Of a DNA stretch of 64,000 nt, positions 25,836 to 38,912 are shown piece after piece. The DNA is taken from positions 16,426 through 80,425 of the forward strand of contig NW_021833236.1 of the NCBI RefSeq assembly GCF_006345805.1. The letters run 5' to 3'. The stretch is from Octopus sinensis (Eukaryota). Position 1 is the stretch's first letter. Each line of letters opens with the position of its first letter. The notes under the pieces were generated by a model, which made no database searches, was not told the DNA's origin, and was given only the letters and a program-made list of their open reading frames with translations. The translations under genes were made by a program, and so were the position numbers.

Positions 25836-26992
25836 AGACGTCGTACAGTATACAATATCATGAGGTTGTTGATTGAAGATATTGGGTCTATTGAGGGTTT
25901 GCACTGTTTGTCAAGTCACAACAAGGACCTCAGACAGAGAGTACCTTACGCAATATGCATTCAATTCCAAGTAATGCCAACTTCTGCAATATACCTAGAT
26001 AGTAGGGTATTTCTAAAGTTTTCAGGTGTTTTTTCAGATTCGATGGTATTGAACCCAATACTCCGATGACAATAGGGACAACCTTTATGTTCGACTCTTG
26101 TACCTGCCACATCTTAGCAATCTCAATTCTCAGCTTTCCATATTTATCAACTTATTCTCTTTCTTTCATGATGGTATGTTGATCTTCTTGTACTGCCACG
26201 GCAATTATTAGGCACCGTTGTTTGTCCTTCCTAACGGTTACTATGTCTGGCCTTCGGTGTTCTAATACTTTGTCTTCTGGAAATCAAATCCCCAGAAGAA
26301 TTTTTGCCTTCCCTTTTTCGTCCATTACCTTTTCCGGTGTATGTTGGTACCAAGCACTCGTAACCTCATATCTATACTTACGGCTTAGTAGCCAGAGGAG
26401 GTTTGGGGCTACTTTGTCGTTTCTACGCTTGTCCTCTTTCTGCGCAAGACCTTCACAAACAATAACAATGTGAGTTACACTTTCAACCCTCTTCCCACAC
26501 ATTCTGCAGAGGTCCAAAGCACTTGTGTGGTATATATTCTTTTTCACCAAGTTGGTATGATTTGAGGGCCACAACGATTAGGCTTTCAGTATTCTTTTTT
26601 AGGTCACTCTTCTGGAGCCACCTCCATGGTGCTTCCTGTTCTTTTATTTTGTTGGTTTCACAGTGGAACTGACCATGTAATTCCATACGGAGTACAGTTT
26701 CTCCTCTCTCGTTGGCTGTTCTTGGTCGGAATTCATGATTACCCTCAAGTCCACTTTGTTGACCCCTTCTGCACTAGCAGCATATTGTAGCAAGTCTCGT
26801 TTGCTGTTCACTGAATATTCTGCCATAGGCGCAGGAGTGGCTGTGTGGTAAGTAGCTTGCTAACCAACCACATGGTTCCGGGTTCAGTCCCACTGCGTGG
26901 CATCTTAGGCAAGTGTCTTCTGCTATAGCCTCGGGCCGACCAAAAACTTGTGAGTGGATTTGGTAGACAGAAACTGAAAGAAGCCTGTCGTA

Positions 26993-27066
<74 letters not shown>

Positions 27067-27580
27067 TGTGTTAGTCCCCCTAGCATTGCTTGACAACCGA
27101 TGCTGGTGTGTTTACGTCCCCGTCACTTAGCGGTTCGGCAAAAAGAGACCGATAGAATAAGTACTGGGCTTACAAAGAATAAGTCCCGGGGTCGAGTTGC
27201 TCGACTAAAGGCTGTGCTCCAGCATGGCCGCACTCAAATGACTGAAACAAGTAAAAGAGTAAAAGAGTAAAGAGAGTTCCTTCTTTCACAGTTGATGCAC
27301 TCCCGTATGCTAATCAGCCCACATCCACCTTCACCCCTCTTCATGTAGAGCCTGTGTACATTCGCCTTATGGTGGAAGGCACATTACATTGTCATTGTCT
27401 TTCGGGTAGTTCAATCGAGTTGGTTAATCTCCGTTTGTATCCGTTTCAGGATGGGTGCACTATAGCGGATTACAGTAACCACCCATATGTTGATGGCAGT
27501 CACAAAGTTCCTTGAGCTGAGTTTTGATTTCAAGAGAAGTTTAAGACACTTGAAATATGCAGTGGTGACCTTGTCTTTCC
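25836..27580 (-). mobile_element. R4/Dong-type RLE LINE (RT C-terminus to end), split by a SINE
   Basis: KSKLSSRNFVTAINIWVV, LHGQF, CRMCGKRVESVTHIVIVC, RRNDKVA, RRPDIV, VPIVIGVLG. Coding homology runs up to both edges of the SINE at 26828. Confidence 0.9.
26828..27274 (+). mobile_element. tRNA-derived SINE family B (CORE-like) with internal (TA)n(TG)n
   Basis: A box TGGCTGTGTGG, B box GGTTCAGTCCC, CORE-like CTTAGGCAAGTGTCTT, (GTAAAAGA)n tail. Confidence 0.92.
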
Positions 27581-27600
27581 TTTTATTATTATTATTATTA

Positions 27601-28343
27601 TGTTTTTTCCTTCTTTCTTCAAATTTTCTTCCGTTTCTCGTCGAGTGTTTTCCATACACCTAGGGCAGAGAAGCTCATTGTATGCATTCCCAGATTACAC
27701 GCGCAAATTCACAGATAAAATATGTATTTAAAAATTAATAAATAAATAAATTCATGGATATATTTTCTTTTCACAGCGATAATGCTCTTCTCAGTGCATG
27801 AGCCATTCCAGTTAATACGATTTTTTGCACTTCCTGTAGGGATGGGAAGTCTGGAATCATTCGAATACGTTTCAGTACCCTTTTTTATCATTCCTTGAGA
27901 TCCTACAATCACTGGTACTGTAGTCGCCTTGTGATGCCACATTTTTTTCAATTTCTATTAGCAAGTCTTTATATTTACTGATCTTGTCAAATTCTTTCGC
28001 TGCAATATTGTGATCGCAAGGGATACTCATGTCAATTAATAAACACACTTTTTTTGTCTGATCTTTTATAATAATATCCAGTTTATTAGCTTTTATAGTC
28101 CTGTCGGTCTGCATAGGGAAGTCCCATAGAATCGACACATTTTCTCCCTCAGTCACAGCTTCAGGATGGTGTTTATACCATTTGTCAGCGGTTTTGATTT
28201 TATAATGCCAACATATTGACCAATGTAAATATTGGCCGACAGTCATTTCTTGCTTTATATTCTACAGGTGCTAAGACTCGACACCCTGAGATCAAGTGGT
28301 CTATTGTTTCAATCTCATCGTTACAGAATCGGCATTTTGGGTC
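27601..28343 (-). mobile_element. R4/Dong-type RLE LINE 3' fragment
   Basis: DPKCRFCNDEIETIDHLISGC, ILWDFPMQTDRTIKANKLDI, LLIDMSIP. Same family as 40094; bounded by (TAA)n. Confidence 0.92.
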
Positions 28344-28453
28344 TATTATTATTATTATTATTGTTATTATTAGTATTATTATCATCATCATCATCATCAT
28401 CATCATTATTATTATTATTATTATTATTGTGGTTGTTGTTGTTGTTATTATTA

Positions 28454-28495
<42 letters not shown>

Positions 28496-28699
28496 TATTA
28501 TTATTATTACTATTATGACCACAAATTCTGCCGGGGTTGACTTTGCTTTTCATCCCTTAGGGGGTCGATAAAATAAGTACCAGTGAAACACTAGGGTCAA
28601 TGCAATCGACTAGTCCCTTCCCTCCAAATTTCAGACCTTATGCCTCTAGTAGATAGGACTGCTATTATTATCATTATCATTATTATTTACAGTGTATTC

Positions 28700-29091
28700 C
28701 GATGATGATGATGATGATAGCGATGATGGCGATGATGACGATGATGACGATGATGATGATGATGATGATGATGAGGAGGAGGAGGAGGAGGAGGAGGATG
28801 ATAGCGATGATGATGATGATGATGATGATGATGATAGTGATGATGGCGATGATGACGATGATGATGATGATGATGATGATGACGATGATGATGGTGATGA
28901 TGGCGATGATGACGATGATGATGATGATGATGACGATGATGACGATAGTGATGATGATGACGATGATGATGATGATGGTGATGATGACGCTGATGATGAC
29001 AACGATGACGATGGTGACGGTGCAACGTCATCGCTTCAACCAGTTTTATAGCCTTTAGTTAAGTAAGCTGCAACAAGAGCTGCACCATTTA

Positions 29092-29147
<56 letters not shown>

Positions 29148-29193
29148 TTACTACTACTGCTGCTGCTACTACCACTACCACTACTACTACAAC

Positions 29194-29248
<55 letters not shown>

Positions 29249-29320
29249 GCTACTGCCACTGCTACGGCTGCTACTGCTGCTGCTGCCACTACTACTAATA
29301 CTACTAGTGTTAGTGTTAAG
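28700..29320. repeat. Compound (GAT)n/(GAG)n and (TAC)n microsatellites
   Basis: Direct reading; these repeats produce the poly-D/H/S/V ORFs in the track. Confidence 0.95.
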
Positions 29321-29829
29321 GACAATAATTGTTGTTGTTGTCGTTGTTCATGTAATTGCTGTTGATGGTGTTTTCCTGTAGATATCTTATCAGGACTCTC
29401 TGTAGTGTTGGCCCTTACACAGGGTTTCTGTTGCATTAAAAACAACAAAGAAAAGCCTTTGTGATTTGATCAGCCCCCGGGATTGGGGCAAAAGTAAGGC
29501 CTGACTCACTGCTTTGCCAATTTGAACTTTATATGATGGTGATAGGTTTGTCTGTGTTGTTGTTGTTGTTGTTGTTGTTGCTGTTGTTGTTGCTGTTGTT
29601 CTTCGTGTGTACAATAACCACATCAGCTAAGTCGTAACTCAACGACTTGTCACACGATTTTATGACTGATGCCGAGATACGGCCAGTCAATAAAACATTT
29701 AGTAGACACAATGGTATGTTCGGAAAAACGATGATACCATGCATAAACCAATATACATACTTACATACATGCATGTATACATACATACATACATACATAC
29801 ATGTACATATATACATACACATATGTATG

Positions 29830-29887
<58 letters not shown>

Positions 29888-29899
29888 TAATATATATAT

Positions 29900-29937
<38 letters not shown>

Positions 29938-30019
29938 AGAATTAAAATGGAGGACAAGAGATGGAACGAACCGACGAATCGAAAACGAATATATATACAT
30001 ATATATATATATATATACA

Positions 30020-30097
<78 letters not shown>

Positions 30098-30729
30098 CAT
30101 ACAGAGAGACAGAGAAAGGCAGACAGACAGACAGACACAGAGAGACAGAGATAGGTAGGTGGATAGATGGATATATATGGCTGAAACAAGTAAAAGAATA
30201 AAAGAATATGCACACACATAACCATATAGACTATTATATATATGCATGTATAAACATATATGTATATACGTGTGTGTGTGTACACATATATACTGAGAGA
30301 GAGAGAAATGAAGTAGATAGATAGATAGATAAATAGATAAATAGATGGATAGATAGATAGGTAGATTAATAGAGATACATTCGTATGTACATAGATATGT
30401 ATAAACATACATACATATGTACACACGTACACACAGTTGCAGAAACGCTGCTATAAACTTATCGGAACATACATAAAAATTCATGAGTATATACGTGTGT
30501 GCATGTGTATATGTGTCTCTCCATATTTGTTTGCGTGTAGGTATACAATCATTCATATGTACACATTCTAATAACATGCAGCCGCCATTCATACAAATTG
30601 TTATGAACGCTTGCGTGTGAAATTCTGTATATTGATAAGGACGAGATAGAGAAAATCTATTCCTCAGATGTTCTTCTCTGTCTGTCTCACTGCTTGCTGC
30701 TCCATCAATCCATACATCTATCTAGCTAT

Positions 30730-30799
<70 letters not shown>

Positions 30800-30958
30800 A
30801 GGTTGTCTAGATGTCTCTGCATCTATTTTATTTACATCTAACTATATTGATAAATGGATAGATAGTTAGATATACATATACATATATACATACATGCATG
30901 CATACATACATACATATATATATATATACAAAAGTACACGCGTAGATTGTATATGTGC

Positions 30959-30990
<32 letters not shown>

Positions 30991-31091
30991 ATTTATTTAT
31001 TTATTTATATATCAGCCTCTGTATGTGTGTCTAACTTTAAGAATATTTCTGCTCATCTGTCTGTCAATCCATCTGTCAATTATGTAAGTAC

Positions 31092-31159
<68 letters not shown>

Positions 31160-31208
31160 AAAGATAAAGAGAGAGATATAAATAGAGTGATAGATAGACA
31201 GATGTGTG

Positions 31209-31266
<58 letters not shown>

Positions 31267-31862
31267 AGTGTGTGTGCGTATGCACAGAAACGACACAGAG
31301 ACGTTAACATGATATACGATAAACAAATATATTTGAAAAACTGTAACAATTATTTTTAACCAAGATGAGCAAGAATGGCAAGAGTAAAAGAGAATGTTTC
31401 TGATTTCGGCACAAGGCCAGCACGCTGGAGAGGTGGGCGGTCGTACTCGGTTTGTGCTTTATTTTATCGATTCATGAATAATAATAGATTTTATTAGCCA
31501 CAAGGGCAAAGCCTATGAAATTAAACATTACAATGGATACGCGAAGACGAGGAGCCTGATAAACAATTCTCTGTAATATATATACAATTATAAACATATA
31601 AATCTATATAATGAAAGCTATATAAAATTGTACTAAACGATAGATTTGCATCTGTGTATATGTATGCGTAGAAATATGTATGTGAATGGGATGTTCTATG
31701 GTTATATATGCGTGTGTATAAAAGTACATGCGTAGTTATATGTGTTTGTGCATATATGATTGTGTAGCTGCTTGTTTTCTTATTCTGTATATGTCTGTGT
31801 ATATGACTGTATGTGTGTGTGTGTGAGTATATGTAACCGTACGTCTTAATATATACACGAGC

Positions 31863-32246
31863 GTGGAGGCGCAATTGCCCAGTGGTTAGGGCAGCGGACT
31901 CGCGGTCGTAGGATCGCGGTTTCGATTCCCAGACCGGGCATTGTGAGTGTTTATTGAGTGAAAACACCTAAAAGCTTCACAAGGCTCCTGCAGGGGGTGG
32001 TGGTGAACCCTGCTGTACTCTTTCACCGCAACTCTCTCTCACTCTTTCTTCCTGTTTCTGTTGTACCTGTATTTCAAAGGGGCCAGTCTTGTCACACTCT
32101 GTGTCACGCTGAACCTCCCTGAGAACTACGTTAAGGATACACGTGTCTGTGGAATGCTCAGCCACTTGCACGTTAATTCCACGAGCAAGCTGTTCCGTTG
32201 ATCGTATCAGCTGGGACCCTCATCGTCGTAACCGACGGAGTGCTCC
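31863..32246 (+). mobile_element. tRNA-derived SINE family A
   Basis: Head GTGGAGGCGCAATTGCCCAGTGGTTAGGGCAGCGGACTCGCGG; TSD TATATACAC(G/A)AGC. Confidence 0.92.
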
Positions 32247-32516
32247 TATATACTATATACACAAGCATATGTATGTACTTATGAGTGCGTGTGTACGGAT
32301 ATTTATGTATGTGTGCATATGTGTGTATTCTGTAGCCATACGGTAAGAAGATTGCTTCGCAAACAAATGGTTCCGGGTTCAGCTCGTCCGCGCCGCACCT
32401 TGGCCAAGCATCCTCTACACACTCTCACATACTCATATATATATATATACATTTTTGTTTCGTAATAAGATAAAAAACCAAGGCTGTGTAGATATTAGAA
32501 CATTTATAGATAGAAG

Positions 32517-32568
32517 GTCTTACAGCTGTTTCCAGGATATTTATTAATAATATCCCTTCATTGGAGAC
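32517..32568 (-). ncRNA. Degenerate minimal hammerhead ribozyme
   Basis: Minus strand: GTCT CCAATGA A GGGATATT attaata AATATCCT G GAAA CAGCTG TA AGAC. The core is mutated, but the stems and the CAGCTG palindrome are intact. It lies in an insert at ~32450-32927 between (TA)n tracts. Confidence 0.7.
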
Positions 32569-32950
32569 AGTGTGAGAGGATAATTAAGTAATAGTTAATT
32601 TAGATATGATACAAAATAGAGAGTGAGGTGGAGGAAAGAAAATAGATGTGAGATATGTAAGGGTATTGAAGTTGTAAATCCATTTTTTTGGCAAAATGGT
32701 ATACATGTAAGATTCCAATATGTTATGAGTAAAATCCAACAGTATATAAAATTGGTCAACCAGTGCTTAACACAACAAATCTCATACAAACCTTTACATT
32801 TTATTTTTGACAATCTTTTTATAAAAAAGTGAAAACGGTCAAGTGAATAAACATCTTTTAAAATTGCATTTTCAAACCCTCTTTCATATATATTTCCACT
32901 CGTGCGGTATCTTACAACTTTACTTTGTTATATATATATATATATATATA

Positions 32951-32994
<44 letters not shown>

Positions 32995-33006
32995 GTGTGT
33001 GTACGC

Positions 33007-33040
<34 letters not shown>

Positions 33041-33090
33041 ATGTATGTATGTATGTATGTAGTATGTATGTATGTATGTATGTATCTATC

Positions 33091-33162
<72 letters not shown>

Positions 33163-33631
33163 AATCTAGATTTGTTTTAGCACTGAAGAGAGTATAGATT
33201 TGGGCTGGTAGTTCCCAACATTTTTAGTTGCTCAATCGATTGATTGATACGATTCAACCATGAATGCACCCAACCGCTTATCTGGAATAGTTGTAAACCT
33301 AGAAATAAATGTATATAACCCACTATTTCTGTCCATTTTATGTGTCACTCTGTAAAAGTATAGCATAATAAATGAGTATTGGAACCATGGATTTCCAAAT
33401 TTGTTTGGAGATGGCCTTGGATTTGGATGACCAGGAATACGATTCTGATCCCACAACTTTTTTGTTAGCCTGGTTTATCTTTATCTAATGAAGGCTTAAC
33501 ATGTGTTTCGCCTGGATTACTAATCCTTTATCAATCCTTCTTTGTATTTATTCCTTTGTTATCCACAGGGGGCTAAACATAGAGGGGTCAAGCAAGGACA
33601 GACAAAAAGATTAAGTCGATTACATCGATTT

Positions 33632-33833
33632 AATTTCTTCATTGCAAATGGTCCTGCTCTTTTTTTAAATGTTATCCCGAAAGAAATTAAAGTAGAAAAA
33701 GACCCCCACAACTTTCGAACGGTACCTGGACAAATTCCTCCAGGAAATACCGGATAAACCACCAACACCTGGATACGTCTCATCCAACAGCAACTCTTTG
33801 CTTGTGTGGTCCATGATGTCCCGAAATAATTAA
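33632..33833 (+). mobile_element. CR1/L2-group LINE C-terminal fragment
   Basis: FIANGPALFLNVIPKEIK / YLDKFLQEIPDKPPTPGYVSSNSNSLL, across a frameshift. Confidence 0.7.
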
Positions 33834-34751
33834 CTAGTACTGAACTCGGAACCGTCCTGGTTGGTTAGGAAGCTACTTACCGCACATTCACTCCTATATA
33901 CCTTTTATAAACAATTTACAATTTACAATTGTACTTTGGGAAGAATTCTTTTACCTTCTCTCAAATATCTTTACATACCCAAAACGAATATTTACGAGAA
34001 TAGTGATCCCAAACCAACCAAGCCCCAATTATTGATGATATCGTAAGAGATAATATTGCAAAACGAACACGTGTTAACATGTATTGGACGTTCATTATTT
34101 GTGTGTATGCAACTATTGTCATTCCTAAACAACAAATTAGAATGTGACTCAACCGCACGTGGTTATGAAATAACTGGAAGTATTCCACTAGAGTGGATTG
34201 CAAAATGTGCGCCATAAAACCTGGCATTTAGTGGTACTGAAGAGATATAAATCAAGCAATAAGCTCATCCTCCATCGGCTATATGTTAGCGATAAAAATA
34301 AACCTGAAGAAAGTGCAATCTTCACCGTTTTCAGTGCAAAATTAAGGACTTCAAAGTAAGGGATCAGTGCAATGTCTTCAAGTAATTATTTATCACGAGT
34401 TTTCTTCTAACTCTGAAGCTGTGCAGCGGAAGAAAGATGGCGGAAAACATTCCTATCAAAAGAACTACAACAGAGAATAAACTCGGTCTAAAAATCCAGA
34501 ATAAATATGAAGCTTTATAACCTCAATTTATGATGACGACATTAGTTCAGTGAGGGATGCTTCATCGTGTTCAGCAGAATAGAATTGTTGGTGGTGAAAC
34601 GACTACAACTGTGAAAAAAAAAAAAATTGCTTGGTGGGAAGATAATAGGAAGTAGATGTAATTTTAGGATATTGATACAAACTGTCGGCGTTCTTCAATA
34701 AAAGTCAGTCGGGAGTTTATTTACAAACGAATTATTTATGGCCGAATTGAA

Positions 34752-34962
34752 CCCTTTAGAATTTCCCTGTCAAATGTAATGCTTATTTATTCACATTGTT
34801 TTCAATTAACCTTTTCATTACCTCATAGCTTTGAGATTTCAATGATGGGATTGTGTACTTTTAGAATGACATTGTAGGGTAGATGTGAGAAGCCAGATCT
34901 GACCAGTTTGAACATGAAACAGAGTATTTGGACCGGATATGGCCTGTTTAAGTGCTAAGGAG
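34752..34962. mobile_element. piggyBac-like MITE (decayed)
   Basis: Ends CCCTTTAGAATTT ... AAGTGCTAAGGAG with TTAA-like flanks (TGAA / CTAA). Confidence 0.5.
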
Positions 34963-36080
34963 CTAAAATAATAAAAAAACAAACTGACTTGACTTAGCAT
35001 GGAGAAGTCATCCACCCAACACCTAAAACCTGTACCTGCTAGAAAATTAAAAGACTTTTCCTGGAGTAAACACATGTATAAACTGTACACAAGAAGCGCA
35101 AAACTATTCCTCACAAACGATTTCGGAGCCCAACATGGCAATGACTGGGGTATTTAAAATCTATATAAAAGCAGAAAACTAATGAAAGATGAGTTTTATT
35201 TATTTTGGCATTAAGTCTGCTATCGTTGCTTTTATACAGAATTCTATTGGTTTTATGCTACAGTCTTCGACGCCAAGAAACGTAAATGTAATCCATATTT
35301 ATTTTTATAGAAGATGTAAAGTTTTAGATTGAAAATATTTATAATGCAGAGAAACAGTTTTTATAGGAAGAAAATTTGATGAAAATTATTTCTTCGTATT
35401 TGATGATGGAATGTGGAAACCTCTTCCCAAACGAGAAACCTTATTAGCATCAGAGTTCAACAAAACGGATGTTATGAAAATATATCTTCACAGGGGATAT
35501 AAACAAAAATACTAATAAACAAGAATAATAGATATAAACAATAATATACCTGACTTTAAGGAATATGCCAATCGGAGATTTTTTTATATCAAGCAATGCA
35601 ATTGCTGTACCATTAATAGTGCCGCTATGAGAACATTTAAATGGAGAACAGATAAAAACTTTCCCCATAGATATAATACAAGTGACGGCATTATCCTGAC
35701 GTCAGCTGGAATGGTGTACAGAAACAGAGATGTGGATAGACTTTATCTGGGAGGAAACTACAGACCTATAAGAAGCATATTTTGAATGTCCTGCACCATT
35801 ATCATAACAGCATCTGCTAGACAACAACAGTAACAACAACGAGAACAGTAAAACAAATACAACCGAATGACAAGAGCGAGAAAAGGACTACGCTGAAAAA
35901 GTTGAGGCTGAAACCTTGAAGGAGTACTTAGTCTCCCAAGATACTCCTTCCACCTTAGAGACAGATGTATCAACAAGCACACGAAAGACAAACACTTTGT
36001 ATACCAATAAAACATAATGTCTGGTTATATCTTCTAGAAATTTACAAATTATAAACAGTATAAACAAATCATAAACATTG

Positions 36081-36243
36081 GGAGCAGGAGTGGCTGTGTG
36101 GTAAGTAGCTTGCTTACCAACCACATGGTTCCGGATTCAATCCCACTGCGTGGCACCTTGGGCGAGTGTCTTCTACTATAGCCTCGGGCTGACCAAAGCC
36201 TTGTGAGTTGATTTGATAGACGGAAACTGAAAGAAGCCCGTCG

Positions 36244-36284
<41 letters not shown>

Positions 36285-36497
36285 TTGTGTGTCTGTGTTT
36301 GTTTCCCCCAACATCGCTTGACAACCGAGCTGGTGTGTTTATGTACCCGTAACTTAGCGGTTCGGCAAAAAGAGACCGATAGAATGAGTACAAGGCTTAC
36401 AAAGAATAAGTCCTGGGGTCGATTTGCTCGACTAAAGGCGGTGCTCCAGCATGACCGCAGTCAAATGACTGAAACAAGTAAAAGAGTAAAAGAGTAA
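36081..36497 (+). mobile_element. SINE family B
   Basis: Full head, internal microsatellite and tail. Confidence 0.92.
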
Positions 36498-38118
36498 ATG
36501 TGTTTTGCACAATCATCACTTTACCAGAACACTCTCTAATGCTGCTTAAGACACACCATATCACCTGCTGCCACCGGCACTACGTATGTTTATCAACAGC
36601 AATTATAATAAATACAATAATCCATCAATGCTTTCTGCCACAACACACGAGAAAGACCTGCGGATAGTAATTCTCCAATTATTTTCCATCTTATATTTCA
36701 TAAAAGGAATATCTCCCGAAATATTGTAGAAATATTAAACAAACTATACAGCGTGATACAATATCTTGTCTTTGTCTTTATTTCTTGGCAGCATTTTGCC
36801 AAGTTTGGCCAACTTTTCACCTGCATTGCTTAAAGTTCTTCTTAAACGTATTTATATCATTTGAGAATTATACTTATATATTGGAGAAATTTTAACTTCC
36901 GTTCTGCTCATGATAGTTGCATTATATCGTATTTTGACATTTATGCGTTCACAACCCTAAAGCAGGAGATAGCAACGAAATATCTGTTGAACATAAGAGA
37001 TAATGAAGCCCCTAAACTCCCAAGATGCAACAGAAAATATCGATTTTACCAACATATCTTTTGAAGATATAAAATATTTTATCAGTATATTCTGAAAAAA
37101 GTACATCAAGATACCACTTTTTAAGCGTCATAACATTATTTCTAAAACAATATAAAATATGATTCGTCGGAAGCACAGCTCCGGGACAAATCTATAAAAA
37201 TTTCTGATGTTCAATATATTTATACATTGCAATAAAAGAAATATTAGTGGAACATTCCAATCAAATCTTCCACAATCTACAAACAATGCATACATAACTT
37301 AAATTGTGAGAAAGAAAACTTAAACATTTTGTATTTCTGTAATGTTCAGCAGCCCAACTGATGTGGACATTTCATTCGAAAGTAAAAGGAAAGCAAGATC
37401 GCTTAAGACAACTGCTACGAAGCGTACAGCTTGTCTCCATAAATGAGATATTTACGTTTCCATCTGTAATGACTGACGCACCATGACGCTGTTTAGCTGC
37501 GACCTTCGAAGAAAGACGCCATTTAACACGTACACTGAACACACTATATGTGAGCTGTACAGAAAAAATTATGCAAGAATTTCCTAAACTTTAAATTATA
37601 ATCTCGATTTTTACCGTCGTTGCGGTTGATTTTATCTAAATTCCATTGATAGAGATTTTTTTTGGCAGTGAAATAGGAGAAAGTTTTTAGGGCAGGTTTT
37701 AAAAATTAATTACATACAGATATCCATCCACATTTACAGATGTGTGTGTGCGCGCGTATGTGTTTGAGTGTGTGTGTACGTATAGATGAAGTTATCCAAA
37801 AATAATTAAAAAATGAATATTTAATTAGAGGAACCTTGTTATATTTGTGTTGGGGAGACTGGGACAATAAAATATGATGAATTCATTCGAAATTCAAATC
37901 CAAGAGAGAAAAGAGATGATTATGTCAGTTGTCATCCAATAGTCAATGATAAACCACTCTAGATAAACCAAAATGCTCTAGTCCGTCTTCACGTCCTGAG
38001 TTCAAATTCCACCGAGACCGACTTTACTTTTCATCTTATGAGACTTCGAAGACAGTTGGTGCCATAAATTCCAAAATAAAATTAGGATTTATAGAGGGTC
38101 AAAGTTGATATATATATA

Positions 38119-38165
<47 letters not shown>

Positions 38166-38522
38166 ATATACATATACATAAATATATATATATATACATA
38201 TATATGTGTATATTTATGTATGTATATCTATCTATCTATCTCTCTCTCTCTCTATATATATATATATACGTGTGTAAAGATATATATGTATATATATCAA
38301 TTAATCAATTTAGGGTAGCAAAAATTTCAATAGAAATTTATCGCTACCAGCGGCCTAGTGGAAAAGAGCAAATAGTCAAAGACTAAATATATAAAAATTA
38401 AACAATTTAGGAATGGCCTTAATAGGCCATTCGTCCACTAGAGAGAGCAGCCATAACTCAAACCGCCAAGTAGTAGTAATTCAGAAATTAGGTGAAAATT
38501 TAAAAACGTTTACCCTAATTCA

Positions 38523-38623
38523 TCTTTATACGATGCATCGTTTCTGTGTTTTTAATGGTAAAATTAGCTTAATTAAATTAAAATTAAGCTAATCTACCAT
38601 GGGTTACACTTCATCAGTAAAGA
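38523..38623 (-). ncRNA. Type-I hammerhead ribozyme with extended stem II
   Basis: Minus strand: TCTTTA CTGATGA A GTGT aaccc ATGGTAG ATTAGCTTAATT ttaattt AATTAAGCTAAT t TTACCAT taaaa ACAC A GAAA CGATGCATCG TA TAAAGA. Intact core, 6-bp stem I, 10-nt palindrome. Confidence 0.9.
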
Positions 38624-38736
38624 AACCGGGATATATATATATATGCATATATATACATCTTATGTAGGATAAAATTTTCGAATAAAATTCTATCAATGGC
38701 CAGCATACCTTTAAAGGTATTTTTAAATATGCATAT

Positions 38737-38778
<42 letters not shown>

Positions 38779-38866
38779 CTTGGATTTATTTTCTTGATCA
38801 TTTCGGTTAAACGAACGAAAGCGTTAATAAAAATGTTATCCAAAATTCTGGCTGCCTTCCTTTTCT

Positions 38867-38912
<46 letters not shown>

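Noticed and set aside
28646-29448. Poly-Asp/His/Ser/Val ORFs
   Set aside because: Trinucleotide microsatellites open in several frames; no splice or domain support.
29382-29492. Apparent exon with CCTGTAG acceptor and GTAAGG donor
   Set aside because: Stop codons in all three frames; no evidence for a coding exon.
34436-34519. AAGATGGCGG start with a short ORF (MAENIPIK...QNKYEAL)
   Set aside because: Under 30 codons with no donor site; more likely an old LINE relic or chance.
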